64,000 bases of DNA, taken from Botryllus schlosseri (Eukaryota). The position numbers and the translations under genes were made by a program. Positions 1 through 11,768 of the stretch are shown one piece after another. How positions within the stretch are numbered: position 1 is the stretch's first letter; every line of letters starts with the position of its first letter. The stretch is taken from the NCBI GenBank assembly GCA_051294905.1, contig CM119383.1, positions 24,738,001 through 24,802,000 of the forward strand. Direction: 5' to 3'. The notes beneath the pieces were generated by a model. That model was not told the DNA's origin, ran no database searches, and saw only the letters and a list, made by a program, of their open reading frames with translations.

Positions 1-599
1 CTGGTTTCTAGCGAATATAGCTGTAAGTTTTGTTTGTTTACTACGGACGATAGGGCGTGGTGTTGGCGCCCCAAGTGGTTTGTTATCAGCACAGACGGTG
101 AACAAAAAGTGAATATTAGACACTTACGTGACCTTTGACACGAACCAATCAGGTTGCTGCAGGATGTAAACAAACATCAAGCCCGGGCAAGCTTACTATG
201 AGCTCTTATGGAAAAGGGTTGAAAAATGAAGGTTTTTAGCAAAATTACATTGAATTGGGGATGGCTGGACCTGATGAATAGTAATAGCGCAGAGCTAGTA
301 TGTAGATGCAGCGTTTTAATCTAGAATGAACATGAATGGTGGCAAGTACGCATCAGCATGGTGTGTCCAAATGCATGGAGTTTTGACAACTTTTAGGATT
401 AAGCAACGATTGATGTATACTATACTATCGGATTGTGGTAATGCATAATTGACGATTTCATCGGCTCGGTCACGAGTAAAATCTCCAAGCATAATATCTC
501 CTGTTCAGAAATATATGTTAGAAAAATATAGCCGCTGCCACACAGTACAATTTTGGTATATATTGATTGAAAGCTATGGATATTCTATCGGATTTTCGG

Positions 600-2330
600 A
601 TTTGAGTGGGACAGTATTTTCTTCTAACACCGCGGAGAAAGCTACGAAGCTACGTACACGACTTAGGGATAAAGATTGAGGAGACAATCCACTCTTATTG
701 TGGAAGCAATATTCTAGTGAACAGCCAATGTTATCGCAGAAAAAACTTGCAGAAAAGTGAGATACCACACCTGATGGAAATATCTCGGAAAATCTAATAT
801 TGATTCGTCTTGCACTTGTAAGACAGGGTAAGTAAGGAAAAAGGCATTTCTTCAGAGACTCATGCAATAGATATTGTAACCATGGTTTTATTTTCAGATT
901 AGGTTCTGATATGCTCTCATGCATATGCAGTTATGCACGGATCAAGACAATCCAACACCTGAAGCTACAAGGGCTGAAAGACATACATTGTGATTTGCGT
1001 CAGCATCTGTGAGCTCGATCGTGATTGCCAAGCCATCTCTTGACCGTACTCGCAACCCATCAACTCCTGCCTCTAGGTAGATTTTGGTGTGTCTGGTGTC
1101 TTCGATTTTATAACATTACACCAAACACAAATAATCCTACAACATCTGTACCTGGAGAACTGTTTATTCAACAAATTGGGCATCTTAATGAGATTCAATG
1201 CACACCACACCACTGGAATATAGTATGTATAGACCAGTGTTGGGATGACTCGAGTCACCTTTTTCGCATGACTTGACTTGACTCGAGTCACTTTGCCAAA
1301 ATGACTTGACTTGACTTGACTCGGCGTATCAGAAATGTGGATTGACTCGTGACTCGGAGCAAAATTCACGAGTCAATTTCAAGTCATCAAGTAATCGGTG
1401 TCGATAAAAATCACTGTATCTTGGATATGTTCGGATTGTTCGCGAAACGCTTGTGTAACCCGTGTGACTGAGAGCGACCAATCATTCAATAAGCGTGCAT
1501 TTCACCGAGCCTCGATTGTTCTTTCACAAATAGATTGACTGCAAACGAAGTGATCGAAGCTTAAAGCTTACGTTGTCGTAACTCTAGTGGTAAAGTAATA
1601 GAATAGCAAAATGTCTGTTTCTGTTCTCATCTTACCTTAACCAAACCGATTGTTTTATTGAAATTGAAGTCGAATATAGTTTATATAGTCCTCAACCATG
1701 GGCACAGGCTCGAATGGTATCATATCTATTTGTAAATGGGTAACGTATTGCATCTTATCAATTCGTTTCCCTATTCTCTATTTTGGCTGGTAACTATAAA
1801 CTGAGGCTATGCAATTACGTAGTTTCACAGTTCTACGTATATGTGAGCGATAAAGCGCCTTCTTGCGTGTATATTTAACTCTATATTCGTTCATCAGTTC
1901 GAAATCAATGACCAATGACCACTCAAACTGTATTTCAGACAGCTAGCAAATTGCAGTGACGTAATCATTCCTCATACATACATCGAAAAGGCAACTTGAC
2001 TTGAAATGTGACTTGACTCGTGACTTGACTTGACTTGACTCGAGTCACCTCCAAAAATCGAGGGACTTGACTTGACTCGAGTCACCTTTGAAAATCGATT
2101 GACTTGACTTGACTCGAGTCAAAATGTGAAATGACTCGAAATGACTCGCGACTCGAAGGTAGTGACTTGATCCCAACACTCGTATAGACATGCACTGTTG
2201 GCACACACTGACCATGGCACCATGCAATTAGGATCTGTAGCATGCTATTAGTCATTACGATATTCACAATGGAACTGAATTTGCACAAATGCTGAATATG
2301 TTGCGTCATTCATTTCTAATCTTTAATTAG
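600..2330 (+). pseudogene. Second-ORF relic of the ISL2EU-like element (SWIM zinc finger; YqaJ nuclease expected but only weakly visible)
   Basis: SCTCKTG|LG..CSHAYAV across a GT-AG intron (828-897) plus one frameshift; weak EIQC motif near 1190; interrupted by MITE 1235-2181. Confidence 0.45.
1235..2181 (+). mobile_element. Non-autonomous hAT element (CAGTGTTGGGA TIR, GACTCGAGTC subterminal repeats)
   Basis: TIR cagtgttggga / tcccaacactc; 8-bp TSD GTATAGAC at 1227-1234 and 2182-2189. Confidence 0.9.
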
Positions 2331-2339
2331 AGTAAGCAA

Positions 2340-4380
2340 TTAGTCCATATTCGGTTAGTTGATAGACAATGCTGCATATTATGACACCGGACAAAATTTC
2401 ACACTCCTTGATTCTTCCGATCAGTTGTTTAATATGAATATGATGTCTCGTCATCTTTCTTGTTGCGGAACAGTTTGGCCCCGACATTTGACGATGTGCC
2501 AAATCATGTGCAGGAATATAAAATCTAGATTTAATTTCTTGATTTCAGGCTCAATTGCGAATCCCTTTTCTGCCATGATAGCATCTCTTAGTGCACCATA
2601 GCTCCATGTGAATAGTTCTCGCCAGTGTTGAGATCAAGTCACTGCCTTCGAGTCACAAGTCATTTCGAGTCATTGCACATTTTGACTCGAGTCAAGTCGA
2701 GCCACGAGTCAAGTCACACACACCAATGAACGAATACAGAGTTATACACACAAGAAGGCGCAGTGTCGCTCACGTATACGTAGAACTGCTAAACTACGTG
2801 ATTGCATAGCCTCAGTTTATAGTTAACATCCAAAATAGAGAATAGAGAAATGAATTGATAAGATGCAATACATTACCCATTTACAAATTGATATGATACA
2901 ATTCGAGCCTTCGTCAATGGTTAAGGACTATATAAACTAGCCTATATTCCAATCAATTTCAATAAAACAAGACATTTGGTTACGGTAAAAATGTAGAACA
3001 GAAATAGACATTTTGCTATTAAATTACTTTACTACGGTATACTAGTTTACGACAACGTAAGCTGTAAGATTCGTTTGCGATAAAAATATATTTGTGAGAG
3101 AACAATGAAGGCTCAGTAAAACGCTCGATCATTGAATGGTTGGTCACTCTCACGGGTTGGTTGGTCACTCTCACCAGCGTTTCATGAACAGTCCGAACAT
3201 ACAGTGTGCAAGATACAGTGGTTTTTATTGACACCGATTACTTGAGGACTTGAAATTGACTCATGAATTTTGCTCCGAGTCACTATAGTCAATCCACATT
3301 TCTGACATGCCGAGTCAAGTCAAGTCATTTTAGCAAAGTGCCATGACTCGAGTCATACCAACACTGGTTCTCGCAGAAAAGTTAGTACACCACAATCCAT
3401 CAATCCTTTCAAAGTTGTATGTGATTAATAGACAGAAAGATATTGTGAGCACGGCGGGGTTTGTCTTCATCAGTTCAGTACAGTCAATAATCATTCTAGA
3501 TTTGAGAATTCGCGAATGGATGCAAATGCTGCATTTTTAAGAACCACATCTCTACATAGCCAAATCGAAATTTAATGAAGCAGTTACATATGATTCACCT
3601 AATGGTTTAATACTATGCTTACTACAATAATAGGAATTTGACGTCAGTAGGATAAGTCCCGAGGGCAATTCAGAAAGAATTTAATGTAGTCCAGTATAAA
3701 ATTTCATCAGCTTCTCCACATCTTTTGACACTATGGTGCTCTGAGAGCTGAACTTCACTAGCAATAATTGTCCGTCAATTTGTAATTTTCCTGGAAGAGT
3801 TTCCTGTTTTGTGCTTCTATACTTCTTCCAGAAATTTGATTTTCTTGCGTTTTATCCCTCGACTTCCTCTTTCTGCAGCGTCATAAAGGATATCCATCAA
3901 GCCTGCATAAAATATATAATATGTTTATTTTACAGAGCAACAACACTGCTGTACAGGCACCCATCAAGGCGTGCTCGTGCGACTCATGTCGACCCCTACC
4001 AATGTCATCAACTATCCATCTTATCATTGAATATATTGCTTTCAACAATTTCAATCCATTTTACACCATCAAGCAACAACACTGGAGCGGAATAATATGA
4101 GACACACACGAAGTCGATTGTGGCATCAACAACGAAAGCGGTGTGACTGCATATCAGTTTGGACTCATTGTTCTATCTACTAAATTATGTGACGATTCAA
4201 TATTTTTGGTACAATAATACATACGTCATTTTATCAATAAAATGAGAATTCAGCTGACTATAAGGAAGTCCACATGCCTTTATCCAGATTTTACATTCTT
4301 CCATGCATGTTATTGGCTCTGGGAAAGGTAGAAGCGCACACCAGGAACGTTCTGGGTAGCAATCTCCAAGTTTCACCCGT
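2340..4380 (-). pseudogene. THAP + DDE_Tnp_4-type transposase relic, split by a MITE
   Basis: Minus-strand motifs DCYPER..LPFPEP..CKIWIKACGLP..QLN..YV (about 4218-4370), KLMKFYTGL, RMIIDCTE (about 3474-3497), SHTTLKGL, DAIMAEKGF (about 2560-2585), IHIKQLIGRIKE; several stops and frameshifts. Confidence 0.75.
2623..3366 (-). mobile_element. Same hAT MITE family, inverted copy
   Basis: TSD GTTCTCGC at 2615-2622 and 3367-3374; internal sequence is the reverse complement of 1235-2181 with deletions. Confidence 0.9.
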
Positions 4381-4555
4381 AGGTAGGCTATTAGCAGCTT
4401 AGCTGCTGTGTTTATCCGGCATTTATCCTAATGGATTCAATGCATGAGCTAGAACAAAAAATGGCAATTCCAGCTGTGGTCGGATCATGTTGCCTAACAC
4501 ATATATTATAGTAACATGTTGATTATAGAATATGCAGACAAGTGTCCAGTGTAAC

Positions 4556-5058
4556 CAGGGTTGTAACCAAGTCACAAGTCAATCACACGTTTATAGTTTC
4601 GACTCGAGTCATTTTCAATTCACCACCGAGTCAAGTCCAGGTCAGCGATCAGAGGGCCGAGTCCACCATGGCTCGAGTCGAGTCCAAGTTATTGTGTCGA
4701 CTGATCAGTTGCTAAATCTTGCTGAATCCACTTTTTATAACTCAGTTTGGTGATATCGAATGGTTCGCATTTATAATACTAATTTTCCTCATTTTTAGCA
4801 GTTTCTGGTCGCGTTTTCAAGTATCAGTACCAATAGACGAAATCCCAATAGTGTGGTTACTTTACTATTCTTCGAAATTACAATGAAATGTCGGTCTTGG
4901 CCGTCAGAGTCTCGAGTCATGCACAATGACTCGAGTCCAAGTCAAGTCAATACACAGATTGATTCGAGTCGAGTCATTTCCGTATTTTAAGAAAATGAGT
5001 CGAGTCATCATAAAATCGTGACTCGAGTCGAGTCATGACTCGAGTCATTACAACCCTG
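4556..5058 (+). mobile_element. hAT MITE (CAGGGTTGTAA TIR)
   Basis: TIR cagggttgtaa / ttacaaccctg; TSD AGTGTAAC at 4548-4555 and 5059-5066. Confidence 0.92.
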
Positions 5059-5532
5059 AGTGTAACTGTATAATTTGCTAGATAGTGATACAGACTGTTC
5101 CGTATATGATTCCCTAAATATAACGCATATAACACCGAGCACACATAATGAATACCCCACCTATCCTGACTCAAGATTCCTCTAATACATGCTATTCGGT
5201 ACGACAATCCTATAGTATTGTTTACGACTAATGATAACACCGCAATAGTTGTTTCATCCGAAAAGTTGTCAGAAATCCATTCATTTGGACATACCGTGCT
5301 GATGGTTGCTTGCCACCATTCAGGTTTATTCTAGGTTATAACACTGCAAATACGTACTAGCTCAACGTTATTACCATTCACCAAAGCCAGCTATCCCCAA
5401 TTAAATGTCATTTTGCTAAAAACCTTCATTTTTCCACCCTTTTCCATAAGAGCTCATAGTAAGTTTGCCCGGGCTTGATGTTTGTTTACATCCTGCTGCA
5501 ACCTGATTGGTTCGTGTCAAAGGTCACGTAAG

Positions 5533-6165
5533 TGATGTGCATTGAAATCTCCGTGGTATGGCAGTCACGCCTCATTCGCTTCTTCACACTCCGCGGAACA
5601 TTAGGTACACGAAATTTAGATATTTGAAGAGCTTCTTGGAGGTACAGAACTTCAATATACAATTGAATAGTATATTCAAATTGAAATGAACCCAAATATT
5701 TTCGGCTGACACTCGTCAGGGTTAATCGTCAGCAACTAGTAGAGACGACCGATTTCGAATCGTTGGACGGGGCCGTTCACAATTCCATTTGTGTGCCTTG
5801 GAGTCGACTTTTATCAAAATACACCAACCAAAACTCTGTCAACAAAAGGAGTTCGTGTACCACCTAAAAATAGTACATTGAACGCTCTCTCTTTCATGCT
5901 GGTGACGTCATATTTTGTGATACGATTGCTGATATACAATGTTCTTTCCAATTCTCTACTAGTTGCCTACGATTACCCCTGACGAGTGTCAGCCGAAAAT
6001 ATTCGTGTTCATTTCAATATGAATATACTATTTAATTGTATATTGAAGTTCTGTACCTCCAAGAAGCTCTTCAAACATCTAAATTTCGTGTACCTAATGT
6101 TCCGCGGAGTGTGAAGAAGCGAATGAGGCGTGACTGCCATACCACGGAGATTTCAATGCACATCA
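5533..6165. mobile_element. Palindromic insertion of a hammerhead-bearing repeat (probable Penelope-like pseudo-LTR with inversion)
   Basis: 213-bp inverted arms (5533-5745 / 5953-6165, about 8 mismatches by eye), 207-bp loop, no TSD; each arm carries CTGACGAgtgtcagcCGAAA. Confidence 0.7.
5975..6008 (+). ncRNA. Minimal type-I hammerhead ribozyme motif (mirror copy on minus strand at 5689-5723)
   Basis: accc-CTGACGA-gtgtcagcc-GAA-AATATT-C-gtgt; one stem I mismatch. Confidence 0.6.
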
Positions 6166-6547
6166 ACAATTATTCACTTTTTGTTCACCGTTTGTGCTGA
6201 TAACAGTACGGTGATTGAGAATTCTCAGACAGGCTCCGTAGATGGTCTTGGTCTCACAGTTTCAATCGATTGTTCGCACACTAATCTGTTGTGATGCGTT
6301 GTTTATGTTGATCTCCGTCATTGGTAGGAGTGGTAGACCGGGAGGAAGTTGGCCATCAAATTCTAGCCATCAAAAAAAAAAATTCGGAACTACTATGTAC
6401 AACCACGCAGGTATCGGATGTATCACCAGGACCACTCTTCCGGCCATGGCGCGTGGCAGCAATCGGCCACAAATGATATTTCGACGTTGGCCGGTCGCGT
6501 TGAAATACGAATTAAAGTAATTTCAAATCAATCAGCATACAAATTAC

Positions 6548-7843
6548 CAGAGGTGGTCAAAATAGTCAAGAAGGCTACTCAAGTAGAAGTAGAAGTAGCG
6601 ACGAAGAAATCTACTCAAGTACAAGTAGAAGTACTTCTTTCATAAGCAACCTGAAACTACTTGAAGTAGAAGTAGAATTTTCTGACTTTAAAAGTACTCA
6701 AGTAAGTAAGCAGTTGTGAAAACGATCCTGATTGAATGGATTATAAAAAGGTGCAAATTGAACTATGTGACAGGTGACGAGCTTGATTCATATTGATGCA
6801 TGGCAGCAGGTATCCAATTTTCGACAGCATTAGCATTCGCCCACCTCGTGGGATGAAAAGGATAGTATTGATAAGGAAATGCGATGCTAATCCTCTGTTT
6901 TATCGAACAGCACGTTTTGGAAAATAGCATGGCATGGCGCCATCCCCATATTATAAGGCCCGTAGTTTAGTCGAAGAGCAATACGGAGAAATTGTATAGG
7001 ATACGGTGTAAACACTTTGCGTGATTACTAAACGTTAATAAAAAATATGGCGGACAGTAAAAATGCCATATTGCGTAGCTTTATTTCCAGAAATACAAGG
7101 CATTACTGCACTTGCTTCTATACTTCAACATGTATGTTATCCAGACAAAAGAACTGATATTAATTATAACTCAAAGTATATGATACTGGGAATAGAAAGT
7201 GAAATATTAATACTACTTCTAAAAGCAGAATATGTATTTCATGTTTTTAGTCTAGAAAGTTTCAAAGGTGGTATGCTAAAACAGCTCTAAAACTAAAAAA
7301 GTCAATAGTCCACTCTTCCAGATTAGGACACGCCATGGACAATGGACATGCTAAATTACGATATGACAAGAAAATGCGACATTGCGAAACATCAGTTTCA
7401 AACGTTATGATGAGCCATATATACTGTGATTAATTATTTCATATGGGCGAAGGGCGACAATGTGGCGTGAACGGAACTACGCCAACCCTCCACCTAAATT
7501 ATATTCACCGATACTTTCGTGAAATCATACTGGTCACTCCGTATCCACTGCGCGCGAAGCGCGACGTAAATTCTGGGCTCTACTAAACTTTTATGAAAAT
7601 TAAATGTTAATACTCCGTGAAAACAGCTCCGAAATTCCTCAGGCTATCTTCCTGATTGAAAGGTTGAACTACTTCTACTTGACAAACTGGAAATAGCGAC
7701 AAGTAAGTAAGTAGATCACAAAATATTACGAAGTAGAAGTAGAAGTAGCGAAAATCAGATCTACTTGAGTAAGTACCAGAAGTAGAGGAAAACTACTTGA
7801 GTACTTCAAAAAAGTAGAAGTACTTCGTTACTGACCACCTCTG
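6548..7843 (+). mobile_element. hAT non-autonomous element (CAGAGGTGGTC TIR, AAGTAG repeats) inserted in the left foldback arm
   Basis: TIR cagaggtggtc / gaccacctctg; TSD CAAATTAC at 6540-6547 and 7844-7851; host arm sequence resumes exactly. Confidence 0.92.
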
Positions 7844-8204
7844 CAAATTACCGACTGATTTCATCGCATCACGTCATTTGTGAAACAACTAACAAAGAAT
7901 ATAAACTCGACTGGCCCCTGAACAGAGCTATCTCGCGAAACACTATCGACGTCGCGAAATCTTCACAGCTGCTAGTTGTCGCTCTGCTGCAAACAAAATA
8001 TCGCCAAATGCATTTCTAGCCAACAAAATCTGGATTTGACAAAACAAATAGTGTTCCGACACGTGAAACGCCGTACCTCAAAATCTTAATGTCTATTTTT
8101 CGATCAAACAGTTGTTTTAGAAAGTAATAGGACAGTCCTACATGTTGCTAACAATGCTAAGCTATAAAGAAGTGTGTGCAACTCACCTTGAATAAATCTC
8201 AAAA

Positions 8205-9556
8205 CTATACGACACGCTCCACTATACAGTCAAGAATATTAAAATTTATTCACGAAAAATATTCAAAATTTTTCAATCTATTCACTGTGTCAAGGAATGG
8301 ATTTCAAATACGTATAGCCTATAGTTAAGCCTAGCATCACACCAATTTTCAGCGATATCCAAGTGGCGCAAGGTGTCCAACAGGCGCGATACGCCGACTG
8401 CACAGTCATTGAAATTCAAATTTATTCACGAAATATATTCGAAATTTTTCAAGCAATAGCCTGTGTCAAGGAATAGCTTTCAAGTACGTATAGCCTATAG
8501 TTAATCCTAGCATCACACTAATTTTCAGAGATATCCAAGTGGCGCAAGGTGTTCAACGGGCCCGATACGCTCGGCTGCACAGTAATTGAAATTCAAATTT
8601 ATTCACGAAAAATAATCGAAAATTTTCAAACTATAACCTGTGTCAAGGAATGGCTTTCAAATACGTATAGCCTACAGTTAGGCCTAGCGTCACACCAATT
8701 TTTAGCGATATCCAAGTGGCGCAAGTTGTCCAACGGGCCCGACACACCTGACTGCTCAGCTCAGTGATAAAAATACAAATTTATTCACGAAAATATTCGA
8801 AAATTTTCAAACTATAACCTGTGTCAAAGAATGGCTTTCAAATACGCATAGCCTACAATTAGGCCTAGAAGCACCCCAATTTTCAGCGATATCCAAGTGG
8901 TGCAAGGTATCCAACGGGCCCGACACACCTGACTGCTCAGTGATAAAAATACAAATTTATTCACGAAAATATTCGAAAATTTTCAAACTATAACCTGTGT
9001 CAAAGAATGGCTTTCAAATACGCATAGCCTACAATTAGGCCTAGAAGCACCCCAATTTTCAGCGATATCCAAGTGGCGCAAGGTGTCCAACGGGCCCGAT
9101 ACGCTCGGCTGCACAGTCATTGAAATTCAAATTTATTCACGAAAAGTATTCGAAAATTTTAAACTATAACCTGTGTCAAGGAATGGCTTTCAAATAAGTA
9201 TAGCCTACAGTTAAGCCTAGCATAACACCAATTTTCAGCGATATCCAAGTGGCGCAAGGTGTCCAACGGGCCCGATACGCTCGGCTGCACAGTCATTGAA
9301 ATTCAAATTTATTCACGAAAAATATTCGAAAATTTTAAACTATAACCTGTGTCAAGGAATGGCTTTCAAATAAGTATAGCCTACAGTTAAGCCTAGCATA
9401 ACACCAATTTTCAGCGATATCCAAGTGGCGCAAGGTGTCCAACGGGCCCGATACGCTCGGCTGCACAGTCATTGAAATTCAAATTTATTCACGAAAAATA
9501 TTCGAAAATTTTAAACTATAACCTGTGTCAAGGAATGGGTTTCAAATATGTATAGC
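8205..9556 (+). repeat. Tandem array of about 176-bp units (left foldback arm, about 7-8 copies)
   Basis: Unit tttcagcgatatccaagtggcgcaagg... recurs every 176-181 bp (e.g. 9061, 9237, 9413). Confidence 0.95.
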
Positions 9557-9564
9557 TTATGAGG

Positions 9565-10160
9565 CAGACTTGGACAACTAGAAAATTTTCAGCTTTTCAG
9601 AATTAGATTAGAATTAGAATTAGAGCTCCACAGTTTTTTTCAAACTAGATTAGAATTAGAATTAGAGCTGCACAGTTTTTCCAAAGTAGATTAGAATTAT
9701 AATTAGAGCTACACAGCTTTTTTCAAATTAGATTAGAATTAGAATTAGAGCTACTAAGCTTTTTCCAGATTAGATTAGAATTAGAATTAGAGCCACTTAG
9801 TTCGCAAAAACTTGGAAATTGAATGAAATTGTACATGGGAAAGGAATACAGCAAAATGCAGTTCACATCAAATCACAGTGCGTGTTGCAAAAGGCCGTGA
9901 GGCGATAAGCGCCACATATTTCTGTTTAATAAACAACAGAAACAACAGTGCATTCCCATAAACATGAGAATGGTTAACTTCTGTACACCAAGCTTGGCTC
10001 GATTTTTACTATACTTTAATAAAATAATACTTCTTTTATGGTAACCGTGGGCATCGCCCATGTTAGTCAGAGTGGCGATGTAGATTAGAATTAGATTACT
10101 GGCATTTCGCTCTAATTTAGTGAAATTAGACAACTAGAATTATTTAGTTGTCCAAGTCTG
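9565..10160 (+). mobile_element. hAT MITE (CAGACTTGGACAACTA TIR, AATTAG-rich internal repeats)
   Basis: 16-bp TIR; TSD TTATGAGG at 9557-9564 and 10161-10168. Confidence 0.92.
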
Positions 10161-10352
10161 TTATGAGGTGCGAGTTCGAGTCCGACCGAGGTTGACTCCA
10201 GTATTCCTACCGATTTATTGGATGTTTATCTAGGCTCCTCCTCACCATCTCATTGGCGTACGCGGTGTCTTAAAAAGCCTAGCAGTGGCCCGTGCTACAA
10301 GTCGGCAGCTACGGAATCAAAATAAAGCATATCGACCTAGTATATATCATCA

Positions 10353-11031
10353 TTGTGGTCGACAAACACCATGAATGCCAAGGACAAGCAACAACAAACC
10401 AGAATAACAAGAACAACAACAACAACAGATGCACCGCGGCTTTTCAAAGCCCTATTGCACCTGCAGAACACGCCCAGAGAGTCAGTGTCAAATTATTTTG
10501 CTGCGAACTCACAAGAGGTGTGCGTATACGATTCCGCATATAACAAGCATGCCTACAACGCGGCATCGCAATGCGTCATCGCGAAACTTCTCCGTCCCAA
10601 CACACAAGATGTGAAGATGGTTTTTCCTGCTGTCCAACAACAAACTAATTCAGGAAACTGCGGTGTGCTGGCGATCGCGTATGCCATTTGCATTTGTTTC
10701 GACGTCCGACCCGAATGCGCCGAGTTCACTGAGGCCGAACTGCGAAGAACTTGTCGTGGAATGATGGAGGACAACATTGTTCGAAAAATGCATAGCAGTG
10801 TTGAAGAAGCTCCACAACCACGAGCAAGGAGCAACTATTTCTGTGAAGACTTACTGTCTCTGCAAACTGTCATACGTCACAATGCACGGTGATATGGTTG
10901 AATGCTCTTCCTGTAAGGAATGTATTCATGCTCGATGTTCTCCAACGACCATCCCGAAAGAAGTACAGGAAAATGAGGCTATACACCATGGCAATGTAAT
11001 TCCTGTGCGACAAGTAGATGAGCTCACTTAG
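10353..11031 (+). pseudogene. Ulp1/C48-like cysteine protease C-terminal part + PHD finger; frameshifted cargo of the foldback
   Basis: VCVYDS..VQQQTNSGNCGVLAIAYA (catalytic Q/C region), then in another frame YCLC..MVECSSCKECIHARC (PHD); catalytic His motif not recognisable. Confidence 0.75.
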
Positions 11032-11093
11032 TCGATGGTGTTTGGCACCTTTGAGCCACTCGAATATTGCTATAATTTATTATGGCCTGACTG

Positions 11094-11287
11094 CAATGTT
11101 CCCTCTAAGCTGCGCACGTGCGCAAATGCGCAGTACTGACACGGTCTCTGCGCACAGAAAATCTAAGTTGCGCACAAGAAATCCGAAGTGCTGAGCTTTT
11201 TTTTAGTCGTTACACACTGTTTTCCAAGGGTCTGCGCAGTGAGTTGGTGAGTGTGCGCAGACTCGGCAAAAATTAGAGGGAACATTG
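11094..11287 (+). mobile_element. hAT MITE (CAATGTTCCCTCTAA TIR)
   Basis: 15-bp TIR; TSD CCTGACTG at 11086-11093 and 11288-11295. Confidence 0.93.
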
Positions 11288-11768
11288 CCTGACTGTATGC
11301 CATATGTATGTGGAAGTCATTCATTGGCACGTTTGTATTATTTATTATCATTTTATTTTCATTTATTCATTGTGATTCAAATTTAGTATGATCCTATGAT
11401 TGTATTCATTATATTTGTGTGTCAGTTATAATTTAGTTTCCTGGTTCATGGCACGCATCTGGACACCTTGCACCACTTTGATATCACTGACAATTGGTGT
11501 TATGGTACTCTGTAAAGGTACTGTGTGCTATAGGCATTTGAAATTATTCATTTACATTATTTATTATTATTTATTATTTTATTGTTTTACTATTGTTTGA
11601 ATTTTCGTATCATTTAATTTCGTTTTTGTCGATATTTCATACCGCCGTGTCCAGATTGATGGATACATACATTTGTAAAAAACATTTATTCACATAATTA
11701 TATTATTATTTCACTATTATTTTCCATTTAATACCATTCACTGCTATTAATATTTGGTTGGTTATACA

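Larger units (their letters stand above)
87..6199. mobile_element. ISL2EU-like (PIF/Harbinger-related, PHIS) DNA transposon, decayed, with nested insertions
   Basis: Inverted arms of about 350 bp (87-440 vs about 5200-5532 plus 6166-6199) starting CAGCACAGACGGTGAACAAAAAGTGAAT; AT TSD at 85-86 and 6200-6201; convergent THAP-DDE and SWIM gene relics inside. Confidence 0.75.

Noticed and set aside
7551-7576. CGCGC-GAA-GCGCG hairpin followed by CTGG, like a Helitron 3' end
   Set aside because: Not followed by T and no 5' TC end identified; evidence too thin
8549-8767. Duplicated 72-aa ORFs (also 12260-12478)
   Set aside because: Chance open frames in the tandem repeat, with no recognisable motif
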